A DNA stretch of 64,000 nucleotides, from positions 1,695 to 65,694 of the forward strand of contig JAZUPZ010000004.1 of the NCBI GenBank assembly GCA_045605445.1, given 5' to 3'. Below, in pieces: positions 48,556 to 58,086 of the stretch (the first letter of the stretch is position 1; the number at the start of each line of letters is the position of its first letter). Both the position numbers and the translations under genes were made by a program. Origin of the DNA: Clostridia bacterium (lineage in GTDB: Bacteria; Bacillota; Clostridia; RGIG6154). A model generated the notes under the pieces. The model was given only the letters and a program-made list of their open reading frames with translations, did not search any database and was not told the DNA's origin.

Positions 48556-49113
48556 ATGATATCAGCAGGTGAATTTAGAAATGGCGTTACATTTGAATTT
48601 GAAGGTAACGTATACCAGATTGTTGAATTCCAGCATGTAAAGCCGGGTAAAGGTGCGGCTTTCGTTAGAACAAAACTTAAAAACGTTATAACAGGCGGCG
48701 TTGTTGAAAAAACATTCAGACCAACAGAAAAATGCGAAAAAGCTATGATTGAAAGAAGAGATATGGCTTTCTCATATTCAGATGGCGATCTTTACTATTT
48801 TATGGATCAGGAAACTTTTGATATGATGCCTCTTTCAACAGAACAGGTTGGCGATGCTCTTAAGTTCGTTACAGAGAATATGATTTGCAGAATCCTTTCA
48901 TACAAAGGAAGCGTTTTCGGAATTGAACCGCCTACATTTGTTGAGCTTACAGTTGCTCAGACAGAACCGGGCATTAAGGGCGATACAGCAACAGGCGCAA
49001 CAAAGCCTGCAACTCTTGAAACAGGTGCAACAATTATGGTTCCTTTGTTTATCAACGAAGGCGAAAAAATCAGAATTGATACCCGTACCGGCGAATATAT
49101 GGAACGCGCATAA
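48556..49113 (+). CDS. efp: Elongation factor P.
   Basis: [44 protein letters not shown]... Confidence 0.9.
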   Translation: MISAGEFRNGVTFEFEGNVYQIVEFQHVKPGKGAAFVRTKLKNVITGGVVEKTFRPTEKCEKAMIERRDMAFSYSDGDLYYFMDQETFDMMPLSTEQVGDALKFVTENMICRILSYKGSVFGIEPPTFVELTVAQTEPGIKGDTATGATKPATLETGATIMVPLFINEGEKIRIDTRTGEYMERA

Positions 49114-49142
49114 TTAAATAAAAAAAGAAAGGTGTGTATCAA

Positions 49143-49562
49143 ATGAGCACTTTAAAAGAAAAAGCAGAATTCCTTAAGGGACTTGCAGAAGGACTTGACC
49201 TTGATGCAAGCAAGAAGGATAACAAACTTGTAGCAAGAATGCTTGAACTTATCGACGAAATGTCAGAAAGAATCGATGACCTTGAAGATTATATCGATGA
49301 ACTCGATGCAAAGGTTGACGAAATTGACCAGGATCTCGGCGAACTCGAAGAATTCGTTTATGATGATGACGATGACGACGAAGATTTTGAAGATTTCGAC
49401 GATGACGATGTTTATGAATTTACCTGTGACAATTGCGGCGATGCAGTTTATGTTGACGGTGAATATCTCGATGACAACGAACAGATCGTTTGTCCAAGCT
49501 GCGGAGAAGAAATTAAAATCGACCTTGAATGTGATGGCGATTGCGACTGCTGCGAAGACTAA
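49143..49562 (+). CDS. Small acidic zinc-ribbon protein (N-terminal helix, poly-Asp/Glu tract, CxxC-x17-CPxC, Cys/Asp-rich tail).
   Basis: MSTLKEKAEFLKGLAEG...DDDDDDEDFEDFDDDD...CDNCG...CPSCG...CDGDCDCCED. Good RBS; a terminator (49574-49600) follows. Confidence 0.5.
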   Translation: MSTLKEKAEFLKGLAEGLDLDASKKDNKLVARMLELIDEMSERIDDLEDYIDELDAKVDEIDQDLGELEEFVYDDDDDDEDFEDFDDDDVYEFTCDNCGDAVYVDGEYLDDNEQIVCPSCGEEIKIDLECDGDCDCCED

Positions 49563-49911
49563 TATTAAAAGCAAAAGGCGGAACAGTTTGTTCCGCCTTT
49601 CAAACCGTCGAAAAAGTCGGTTTACCGCAAGAAAAAAATTAAAAATGTAGGGTTTGGCGATTTTCGACAAACCGCAATCAAGTGTTAAAAACAGAGCTGT
49701 TTCTTCCAAGAAGTGGCTCTGTTACTTGCTTTTCACCGAAATGAGCCTTGCCGTACCAAAGTACTGTCTGCGTCCATTTCGGCGAAATACACTTTCCTTT
49801 TTCTTTTTATTTTAATAAAATATAAGGCGTAAGGGGGCTGCCTGAGAATAAAGGTCTGTTTGCATCATATATATATGGCGACAGACTTTTTTGTTTGGAA
49901 GGAAGAAGAAA

Positions 49912-51315
49912 ATGAATTTTAATGAAACACTTTCAAGGTTAAGCTCCTTTTTGTGGGGAACTCCTCTTGTTACTCTTATTCTTGTTACAGGAATATGGCT
50001 TACCTTAAGACTGAGGTTTATTCAGGTTTTTCACCTGAAAAAAGCGCTGAAATTTATGGTAACCAATGAGAAGGGGGGGAGGGGCGAGGTTTCAAGTTTT
50101 GGAGCTCTCTGCACAGCCCTTTCTGCCACAATCGGAACGGGAAATATAGTCGGCGTTGCAACCGCCCTTTGTGCGGGAGGTCCCGGTGCATTGTTCTGGA
50201 TGTGGATTGCGGCGTTTTTTTCAATGGCAACAAAATATGCCGAGGGCTTTCTTGCGGTAAAATATCGTCAGTTTGACAAAAAAGGAAATGTTCTGGGCGG
50301 ACCTTTTTATTATATTGAAAAAGGAATGGGGAAGGAGTGGCGATGGCTTGCTCTTCTTTTTGCCTTTTTCGGTGCGGCGGCAGGAGTAATGGGAATAGGA
50401 ACAATAACCCAGGTTAACGGAATAACCTCAGCAGTATCCGATTTTTTTGACCCCTCCGCCACAAACTGTATAACTCTGTTTGGAAATAACTATACTTATG
50501 CAACGGTTGTATCGGGACTTATAACGGGAGTGCTCTCCGGCGTTGTGATAATCGGAGGAATAAAGCGAATTTCAAAGGTAGCTTCGGTGGTTGTCCCCTT
50601 TATGGCTGTTCTTTATATTTCCTTTACGGTTTTGGTTCTGATATATAATTTTGAAAAAATCCCCGGGGCAATAACAACTGTGATTACCTGTGCCTTTAAT
50701 CCCCGTGCGGCGGCAGGAGGGATATACGGAATAACTCTTAAAGAGGTTGTAAGCAAAGGCGTTTCAAGAGGGATTTTTACCAACGAGGCGGGGCTTGGCT
50801 CTGCTCCCATAGCTGCCGCTGCGGCTCAGACAAAGGACAAGGTAAGGCAGGGGCTTGTTACAATGACGGGCACCTTTATAGATACTATCGTTATGTGTAC
50901 AATGACCGGGCTTGCGGTGGTAATTGCCAATGCCTGCGACCCTGCAATAGGGCTTGAAGGGGCAGCTGTAACCTCTTATGCCTACCGTACCTGCCTGCCC
51001 TTCAAGCCGGAAATAAGTGCCTTTGTTCTTATGCTGTCTCTGGTGTTTTTTGCCTTTTCAACAATAATAGGCTGGAACTACTACGGAGAAAAATGTCTTG
51101 AATATCTGGCGGGGAGAAATAAAAGAAAGGTTATGATGTACCGGGTTCTGTATATCCTTTCGGTTTTTGCCGGCCCGTATCTTACAGTAAATTCAGCCTT
51201 TAATCTGGCAGATGTTTTCAATGCCCTTATGGCGCTGCCAAACCTTGTTGCGCTCCTTGCTTTAAGCTCTGAGGTTGCAACGGAAACAAAAAAATATTTT
51301 GAAAGAAGCTTTTGA
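49912..51315 (+). CDS. Alanine/glycine:cation symporter (AGCS family).
   Basis: About 11 TM helices. AGCS signature GALCTALSATIGTGNIVGVATAL. GGAAGGAAG RBS. Confidence 0.8.
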   Translation: MNFNETLSRLSSFLWGTPLVTLILVTGIWLTLRLRFIQVFHLKKALKFMVTNEKGGRGEVSSFGALCTALSATIGTGNIVGVATALCAGGPGALFWMWIAAFFSMATKYAEGFLAVKYRQFDKKGNVLGGPFYYIEKGMGKEWRWLALLFAFFGAAAGVMGIGTITQVNGITSAVSDFFDPSATNCITLFGNNYTYATVVSGLITGVLSGVVIIGGIKRISKVASVVVPFMAVLYISFTVLVLIYNFEKIPGAITTVITCAFNPRAAAGGIYGITLKEVVSKGVSRGIFTNEAGLGSAPIAAAAAQTKDKVRQGLVTMTGTFIDTIVMCTMTGLAVVIANACDPAIGLEGAAVTSYAYRTCLPFKPEISAFVLMLSLVFFAFSTIIGWNYYGEKCLEYLAGRNKRKVMMYRVLYILSVFAGPYLTVNSAFNLADVFNALMALPNLVALLALSSEVATETKKYFERSF

Positions 51316-51540
51316 AAAATATCCCCCTTGCCAAAGAAAAGAAAAAATGGTGTAAAATTAGAGTGGAAAAACACAAAAAGCGGGAGAAATTTTCTTTAAA
51401 AAAGTGTTGACAAAAAAATTTTTTTGTAATATTATGTAAAATGAGAAGGAATTTCCCCTTTTATGTAGAATAATAAAATCTCAAGAGGTGAAATTCTATG
51501 TCAACAACACTTAAAATATTGAGAACAGGAGGAGCTGTCG

Positions 51541-51789
51541 GTGAAAAATCTAAAAATTTTAACAAGGGCAATAAAGAAAAGCTATCTTAACATCGAGCGT
51601 ATTTTATGTATAAATACAGCTTTATTTTCTTACGCCGCCGAGCAGGGATACAACGCGGCAGTGGGTTTGTTTTCAGGGAACAATATTATATCAAAGGCAG
51701 CTTTGGCATTGTTTAACGTGTTTTTGACGAAACGCAGTAAACCCGAACGCTTTAAAGACGGAGCCCCTTTATGGGGATACGGCTTTTAA
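51541..51789 (+). CDS. Hypothetical small protein (82 aa, GTG start). An overlapping 30-aa ORF (51499-51591, MSTTLKILRTGGAVGEKSKNFNKGNKEKLS) also has a strong RBS. Which of the two is real is unresolved.
   Basis: AGGAGG lies 8 nt before the GTG. The ORF sits inside a short promoter-to-terminator unit (promoter TTGACA...TAATAT around 51408-51440; terminator 51833-51862) upstream of the Lon-like gene. No recognisable family. Confidence 0.25.
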   Translation: MKNLKILTRAIKKSYLNIERILCINTALFSYAAEQGYNAAVGLFSGNNIISKAALALFNVFLTKRSKPERFKDGAPLWGYGF

Positions 51790-51918
51790 CAAACGTCGGC
51801 TTTTTATCAGTCTTAAAACAGGTGAAATAATGCCAGGGTGCAAATTGTTGCACTCTTTTTTGTACCCTGAAAACATATTGTTTCACATAATACGCTGTTG
51901 AAAAAGGGAGGAATATTT

Positions 51919-54900
51919 ATGAAACGTGATGTTCACAACGAAGAGTTTTTTGACAACGAGCTTTTAGATGTGGATTACGACAAGGCTTTTAACCCGGAAG
52001 AGAAAAAGGGCGGCAAATGTATCGGCGTTATAAGAAGAATAATAATTCCGAACACGCCTGATGAGCCTTATGAGCTTCTTGTTTATGACCGTGATAACAG
52101 AAAAAAGCTGGTTCTTTATGTGGAAAACGGTGAAAAGCTTTTTACCCAGATCCTTATAAAGAACGAGAAATACGGCTTTTTGTACGAAGAAAAAGACGGA
52201 AAGAATTACGCTGGCTTTGTTTTTCACGCTGTAAAGAACAAAGAGAATGACTTCGAAAGGCGTATAGACGCTGTAAAGGTTAGCGAAAGAGGCTATGTGG
52301 GCCCGAGTATTGATGCTAAATACTGGAAATATCTGGGAGAAAAGGTTATTGTAGGCCTTGAAGTGGAAGGCGTTGTGATAAATAAAAGAACAGAAGAACT
52401 ATCCAATCATATCAATACAAGATTCTCTCTTGTTACAAAAACAGGCAAAACAGAATGTTGCATTCTTGGAAGTCTTTTTAGTCAGGGGGAGCTTTTCAAC
52501 AAAGCTGAGCTTATTCAGAACAGTCTGTATCAGCTTAAAGGCTATTATTGCGAGGGTGTGTACTATGTAACCTGCTGGGATGAGGTTACAAGCGTTTCCA
52601 AGGAGGAATATATGAAGGGTATTGAAACTACGGTAGAAATCAGAGGGTGTATAAAATTCAGAGAATTTCCTGCGCCCGGAGAACAAAAGGTTGTTTTCTC
52701 CGTTGTAAGCGGAAATGAAAGCTATGATGTTGTTATTGACAGGGTAAAGGCAAAGGGCAAGGACGAGCTTCGTGAGGGAGAAGAATATATTCTTACCTGT
52801 GAAAGTACGGAAAAGGGCTACGAGGTAATAAGCTACAGCCGTTGCCTTATAGACCTTGACGATCTTCCCCGTGAAGGAGAAGACGGCAATGCCCATCGCA
52901 GAGAGGTTTTAAAGAAACTGGATCAGAAAATCTTCGGTGAGGCGTGCATCAAAAAAGAGTCGGGCTTTGTTCCGCTGGGAATCAGGCTTTCGGGAATTCC
53001 CGAAAGAGTTGAAACAAAGGGAGAAATGGTTTTCTTTATTTTAAGGGAAAGCCTGTCAAAATATATATGTGTATATAACCCTGCCCTGACGGGCACCGTT
53101 AAGTGTGACCAGCTTATAAATTCCTGTCAGAAAATAGAGCTTTACGGAGCCCTGGGTAAAAGTGTTGTTTATGTAAGAAATTACACTATGCTTGCCTCGG
53201 ATGAAATTCAGATAAGAAGCTTAAGACCAAGTAATAAAAGAAACAAAAAGATGGCTGACCTGCTTGAGGATGAGGCAAAAGAAGAGAAAAGAGATAAATA
53301 TACAAAGGTTGCAAATGCAGGCAGAGCCGGCATAGAAGACGAGGACGATCTTTATTCAAAATTCCTCAGCAAACAGGAATATTATCCTCCTGAGGTTCAG
53401 ACGGCAATTATCAGAGCAATGAGAGATTCCTCTCTTAAAAGCTATCAGAAGAAAAAGGTTTTAGAGCCTCTTGTAAATGCTCCCTGGTCAAGACAGCTTG
53501 AACTTAAAACAGATGCAAAGTATCTTATGGACAAGCTTAATGAAACTCACTACGGTCAGGAGTATCTTAAAAAAGCAATAATTAAAATTCTCGGAGCTTA
53601 CGAAAGCAAAACCGAGGGCAAGGGAATGGTGCTTCTTGTGAGCGGCCCTCCCGGGGTTGGTAAAACAACTCTTTTCCAGAGCGCGGCAAAGGCGGCAGGT
53701 ATGCCTTTTGCAAAAATAACTCTTAACGGAATTGACACGCCGTATTTCCTTAAAGGAACTCCCCGTCTTTATGACAACGCCATCACCGGCGAAATCGTAA
53801 GAGTAATAGGCGAAGTGGGAGACAGAGCAATGATTCTTCTTGATGAGGTTGACAAAATGGCAACCAACGGCAAGGAGGGAAACCCCTATACTGCGCTTTA
53901 CGACCTTCTTGATACCGATGCTCTGTTTCAGGACAGCTTTGTGGAATCGGGAATTTCTCTTAAGGACACAGTTTTCGTTATGACGGCAAACGACCTTGCC
54001 TCTGTTCCTACTCCGATTATCGACAGGGCAACAATGATAAGCGTTCCCGACTATACACAAGAGGAAAAGTTTGCCATAACCAAAGACTATGTAATTCCAA
54101 AGGCAATGAAGAAGTATCAGCTTAACGGAAAGGTTATTCATTGGGATGAAGATATTATAAGTGACATTGCCAACCGTTTTTCAATAACCAACGGCGTGCG
54201 AGACATTGAAAGAAACGTAAACAGCGTTATAAGATCGGCTCTTGGTCATATGAAGCTTGAAAATTCCGGGGAAATTACCGTAAATAATACCAATGTAAGA
54301 GAGCTGGTAGACCTTCCTCCGGTAGGAAGAGAAAGAATTGAACAGGAAATTTCCGGACTTAAAAACAAGTTCAGATGCTACAAAACAGAATACGGTAAAG
54401 AGGTTTGCGATGCCATTGCAATGAAGTTTGTAAAATACGATTCCTGCAAAAACGACGTCGACCGTGAGCTTTTAAGAAAACAGCTTTATCAGCTTGTAAA
54501 TGTTGTTCCGGGAAAACGTGCCGAAAAATATAACTTAAAGAAAATAAAAGAACGCCTTGACAGTACCCATCATTCAATGGAAGAGGTTAAGGAGCAAATT
54601 CTTATGAGCTTTGCGGGAATGAACGCTTCAAAGAAAAACGGCGCAAGATGTATGCTTCTGAACGGCCCCTACGGTGTAGGAAAAACAAGCATCTGTAAAA
54701 CAATTGCAGATGCGATGGACAGAAAATTTGTTAAAATTTCCCTTAACGGTGTTGACGATGTTCACTTCATCAAAGGCCATAACGAGAGCTATAAAAATGC
54801 AGAGGGCGGAGCAATAATGAAAACTCTTGCCGATAACGGAACCGATGCTCTTCTTATTCTTCTCGATGAGGTTGACAAAATGTCGAAAGGCGCTTCGGGA

Positions 54901-55905
54901 AATCCTTATGATGCTCTTATCGACCTTCTGGACGATTCGGGAATTTTTACCGATTCCTTTACAAATGTTCCTGTCGACATTTCAAACGTTTTCTTTATCG
55001 CAACCTCGAACATAAAGGAAAATATTCCTGTTGCTGTAATGGACAGAATGGAGCTTATTGAGCTTTCCGGTTACTGCGAAGAGGAAAAACAGACTATTGC
55101 CGAGGAATATATTATTCCTGCTAAGCTTAAAAAGTACAGAGTTGAGAAAACCCTGGAAATTCCCTCCGAAACCGTAGCCTTTATCGTTTCCAATTACGGA
55201 AAGGCATTTGGTATGCGCGATGTAGACAAGGCGGTAGACAAAATAATCCGTAAGGCACTCAAGGAACGTGAGCTTGGAAACAAAATAAAGAACGTAAGTA
55301 CAGAATTTGTTGAAAAAACCCTTGGCGCAAAGCCTCTCAAAAGAGGAAACGTAGCCTCTTCGGGAGTTTCAAGACCGGGAATTGCAAGAGCTCTTGCAGT
55401 AAGCGGAAATTCGGGTACAACCTTTGCAATTCAGGTTGCTTCTAATCCTTACGGCACAAAGGATGAAATAACGGGACTTCCGAAACAGAGCACTCTTGAC
55501 AGTATAAAAATTGCCAAATATTTAGTAAGCAAACTTCTTGGCAAGGAGCTTAAACCGGTATGTATTCACTTTGCAGAGGGCGGAATTGAAAAAGACGGTC
55601 CTTCTGCAGGTATAACTCTCTTTTCGGCAATCTATTCTCATTTTACCGGAAAAGAAATCAGCCGCAATATAGCCTTTACCGGAGAAATTGACCTGTTCGG
55701 GGACATATGGCCCATAGGCGGGGTAGACCTTAAGCTTACTGCAGCTGAAAACGAGGGCTGCACAGAGGTGTTTATCCCTGTGGCAAACTACAAACAACTG
55801 GTTGAAAACGGAACGCTTGGAAAATACAAGTGCAGAGTTATTCCCGTTGAAAACGTAAAAGAGCTTGTGGGAGAGCTGTTTGAAACGGAAATAAACGCCG
55901 CTTAA
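51919..55905 (+). CDS. Giant Lon-like ATP-dependent protease. It has an N-terminal domain of about 480 aa with no recognised family, two tandem Lon-type hinge+AAA+ modules and a C-terminal S16 Ser-Lys protease domain.
   Basis: Module 1 reads ...KYLMDKLNETHYGQEYLKKAIIKILG...GPPGVGKTT...LLDEVDKM...IIDRATMISVPDYTQEEK. Module 2 reads LDSTHHSMEEVKEQILMSFAG...GPYGVGKTS...LLDEVDKM...VMDRMELIELSGYCEEEK. The protease domain reads KDGPSAGITLFSAIYS...GGVDLKLTAAE (catalytic Ser and Lys retained). GGGAGG RBS. Confidence 0.75.
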   Translation: MKRDVHNEEFFDNELLDVDYDKAFNPEEKKGGKCIGVIRRIIIPNTPDEPYELLVYDRDNRKKLVLYVENGEKLFTQILIKNEKYGFLYEEKDGKNYAGFVFHAVKNKENDFERRIDAVKVSERGYVGPSIDAKYWKYLGEKVIVGLEVEGVVINKRTEELSNHINTRFSLVTKTGKTECCILGSLFSQGELFNKAELIQNSLYQLKGYYCEGVYYVTCWDEVTSVSKEEYMKGIETTVEIRGCIKFREFPAPGEQKVVFSVVSGNESYDVVIDRVKAKGKDELREGEEYILTCESTEKGYEVISYSRCLIDLDDLPREGEDGNAHRREVLKKLDQKIFGEACIKKESGFVPLGIRLSGIPERVETKGEMVFFILRESLSKYICVYNPALTGTVKCDQLINSCQKIELYGALGKSVVYVRNYTMLASDEIQIRSLRPSNKRNKKMADLLEDEAKEEKRDKYTKVANAGRAGIEDEDDLYSKFLSKQEYYPPEVQTAIIRAMRDSSLKSYQKKKVLEPLVNAPWSRQLELKTDAKYLMDKLNETHYGQEYLKKAIIKILGAYESKTEGKGMVLLVSGPPGVGKTTLFQSAAKAAGMPFAKITLNGIDTPYFLKGTPRLYDNAITGEIVRVIGEVGDRAMILLDEVDKMATNGKEGNPYTALYDLLDTDALFQDSFVESGISLKDTVFVMTANDLASVPTPIIDRATMISVPDYTQEEKFAITKDYVIPKAMKKYQLNGKVIHWDEDIISDIANRFSITNGVRDIERNVNSVIRSALGHMKLENSGEITVNNTNVRELVDLPPVGRERIEQEISGLKNKFRCYKTEYGKEVCDAIAMKFVKYDSCKNDVDRELLRKQLYQLVNVVPGKRAEKYNLKKIKERLDSTHHSMEEVKEQILMSFAGMNASKKNGARCMLLNGPYGVGKTSICKTIADAMDRKFVKISLNGVDDVHFIKGHNESYKNAEGGAIMKTLADNGTDALLILLDEVDKMSKGASGNPYDALIDLLDDSGIFTDSFTNVPVDISNVFFIATSNIKENIPVAVMDRMELIELSGYCEEEKQTIAEEYIIPAKLKKYRVEKTLEIPSETVAFIVSNYGKAFGMRDVDKAVDKIIRKALKERELGNKIKNVSTEFVEKTLGAKPLKRGNVASSGVSRPGIARALAVSGNSGTTFAIQVASNPYGTKDEITGLPKQSTLDSIKIAKYLVSKLLGKELKPVCIHFAEGGIEKDGPSAGITLFSAIYSHFTGKEISRNIAFTGEIDLFGDIWPIGGVDLKLTAAENEGCTEVFIPVANYKQLVENGTLGKYKCRVIPVENVKELVGELFETEINAA

Positions 55906-55968
55906 TCTGTGGGGAGAGAAAAACTCTCCCTGCCGGTTAAAAGGCAACTAAAGAAAAGGATGAAAAAA

Positions 55969-56373
55969 ATGATTAACCTGAAAATTCTTGATGAAACCAA
56001 AGCAAAGGAATATTACGGCGAGCTTGAGACCCAATGTATTCTTAATGAAAAAAACTCGGTTTTTATGAATCCCGAGGAAATAAGAAAGCAAATGAACATA
56101 AAAAAAGGGGATAAGTTCCTGCTTGTTCACTTCAAAGGGAGTTTTGAAAGCTTTAAAGAGGAGTTTAACTTTGTCAGAATGCCCTGGATTTATACAAATG
56201 TGGTAGTGCTTTTAAGAGTAAGCAAATATCTTAAGGCAGAAGAGCTTGAAAAATTGTACTCTGTGGTTTCAGACTGTTTGGGTAATCAGGGGGAAAGCTT
56301 AAGCATAAGCTATATTTTAACCGACAGGGAGGAAATCTTAGGCGAGGTAGAGCTTATACTCAAGGTATGGTAA
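55969..56373 (+). CDS. Hypothetical small cytoplasmic protein encoded immediately downstream of the Lon-like protease.
   Basis: 135-aa ORF starting 64 nt after the Lon stop with an AAAAGGA RBS. A bidirectional terminator lies at 56391-56431. Confidence 0.4.
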   Translation: MINLKILDETKAKEYYGELETQCILNEKNSVFMNPEEIRKQMNIKKGDKFLLVHFKGSFESFKEEFNFVRMPWIYTNVVVLLRVSKYLKAEELEKLYSVVSDCLGNQGESLSISYILTDREEILGEVELILKVW

Positions 56374-56483
56374 AAAGCAAACATATCACAAAACCCACAC
56401 AACGCTTATTCAAAGCATTGTGTGGGTTTTCATTTAATTTGAAAGTGTTCTTACGGACACTGTCATTTTACAGTTTCTTTTTT

Positions 56484-57251
56484 TTATTCGTTATTTTTGC
56501 TGTACAGTATCATAAGTCCTTTGAGAAGAAGAGCATCGTCAAGAATGATTTTGCTTTTGCAAAGGGGAACAACAATCTGGGCAAGACCGCCTGTTGCAAC
56601 TACGGTGCAATTTTCTCCCATCTGTTCGTTAATGTTTTCTATAATTCCGTCGAGCGCTCCTGCATTACCGTACATAAGACCGCTTCTGATACAGTCGGTA
56701 GTATTGGTGCCGATGATTTTTTTAGGCTTTTCAAGAGCAATGCTCTGAAGCTTGGAGGTTCTGTTCACCAGAGCGTCGTGAGAAATAACAACGCCGGGAA
56801 GAATACATCCGCCGATATATTCCTTTTTTTCGTTGATAACCGAAACTGTGGTTGCAGTACCCATATCAATCAGAATCAAAGGGGTTTTGTATTTGGCAAC
56901 CCCTGCAACCGCCGAAACAAGAAGGTCAGAGCCCAGCTGAGCCGGATTGTCAATTTTTATGCTTATTCCTGTTTTTATTCCCGGTTCAACTACAAGAACC
57001 TTTATTTTTGCAATTTTTTCTATAGCCTGCTTAACGTTGTTTGTAACGTTTGGAACAACAGATGAAATAATTGCCCCTTCAAGGTCAGAGGGACTTATGT
57101 TATACATTTCAAATGCGGTTTTCATCATTGAGGCGTATTCAAGTCTTGTAGCAAGATGGTTTGTTGACATTCTTTCAATAAAAACAACCTCGCCGTCTTT
57201 TATACATCCCAAAACTATCTGGGTATTACCGATATCAACTGCAAGTACCAT
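56484..57251 (-). CDS. coaX: Type III pantothenate kinase.
   Basis: MVLAVDIGNTQIVLG...GTATTVSV...ATGGLA, Bvg accessory factor/CoaX motifs. AAGGAG RBS. Confidence 0.85.
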   Translation of the reverse strand: MVLAVDIGNTQIVLGCIKDGEVVFIERMSTNHLATRLEYASMMKTAFEMYNISPSDLEGAIISSVVPNVTNNVKQAIEKIAKIKVLVVEPGIKTGISIKIDNPAQLGSDLLVSAVAGVAKYKTPLILIDMGTATTVSVINEKKEYIGGCILPGVVISHDALVNRTSKLQSIALEKPKKIIGTNTTDCIRSGLMYGNAGALDGIIENINEQMGENCTVVATGGLAQIVVPLCKSKIILDDALLLKGLMILYSKNNE

Positions 57252-57255
57252 ATAC

Positions 57256-57831
57256 CTATCTCCTTATTGCTTTCATAATCTGAACAACGGCGGGAGCAAG
57301 AACAATGTTAATTGCAAGCTCAACAAGGAAGTTTCCGCCTACAAGAACGAAAATTATATAGTGTCCTACAGCGCTGCCGCCTGCCCACTGAGTAATAGTT
57401 TCCATAAAGAACAAAAAGCATCCCAATAAAAATATTCCTGTGTTTACGCAGGGGCATACAACTGCCGCTGCCATTGTTGAAAGATAGCTGTTGCCCGAAA
57501 GCTTTTTGATTGCCTGAAAGGTAACGCCCGCAAGAAGGCCGCAAAGTGTACCTTTTGCAAGAACCGTAATAACGGTTCCGATAACGTTAACTGTAAGAAA
57601 AGCTGCCGCATCGCCACTTGCAAGAACAACTACGCCGAAAACAAAACCAAGCCATGCGCCGATTTTAGTTCCGCAGGTTGCCGCACCGATTACGATAGGG
57701 ATAAGCACCAGCGAAATTGAAAATGGCCCGAATTTTACAAAACTGCCCATATACTGAAGCAGTACCACCAGAGCTGTCAAAACAGCCGCCATTACCAACC
57801 TTTGAGTTGACATTCCTTTTGTTTTTTCCAT
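57256..57831 (-). CDS. ECF transporter S component (probable pantothenate-specific PanT, given the coaX linkage).
   Basis: Six TM helices in 191 aa. AGGAGG RBS. A 4-nt gap to coaX suggests an operon. Confidence 0.6.
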   Translation of the reverse strand: MEKTKGMSTQRLVMAAVLTALVVLLQYMGSFVKFGPFSISLVLIPIVIGAATCGTKIGAWLGFVFGVVVLASGDAAAFLTVNVIGTVITVLAKGTLCGLLAGVTFQAIKKLSGNSYLSTMAAAVVCPCVNTGIFLLGCFLFFMETITQWAGGSAVGHYIIFVLVGGNFLVELAINIVLAPAVVQIMKAIRR

Positions 57832-58086
57832 ATTAAATTCCTCCTGTTATTGTCCCGTTTACGGGTACATTACATTTCATAATAATGTTTTAAGGTGCAA
57901 ATGTCAGATTCCTGAAGAATACCTGCATATAATTAAAAGTACCTCTTTTTATTATTATGATGGTTAATTATAACAAAAAAAAAGGAAAAAGTCCACAATT
58001 ATTTCACAAAATCATCAAAATAGGTAATTGTAAAAATGTATAAATATGGTATAATGTATTTTAGCAGTGATAAGGAGGAATGATAA

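Noticed and set aside
49243-49709. Overlapping ORFs (135 aa plus strand, 148 aa minus strand) across the acidic Zn-ribbon gene
   Set aside because: These are alternative-frame or antisense products of a GA-rich repetitive coding region (Asp/Glu codons). The annotated frame has an RBS, a Zn-ribbon and a terminator.
49600-49911. Glycine riboswitch assignment for the AGCS leader
   Set aside because: I could not find the tandem aptamer consensus (GGAGAG...ACCGAAGGGGCAA...CTCTCAGG). Kept only as an unclassified leader with an attenuator-like hairpin.
53488-54141. 217-aa minus-strand ORF
   Set aside because: Antisense to the first AAA+ module of the Lon-like protease. Cys-rich low-complexity translation.
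56367-57065. 232-aa plus-strand ORF
   Set aside because: Antisense to coaX (clear type III pantothenate kinase motifs on the minus strand). It also begins inside a bidirectional terminator.
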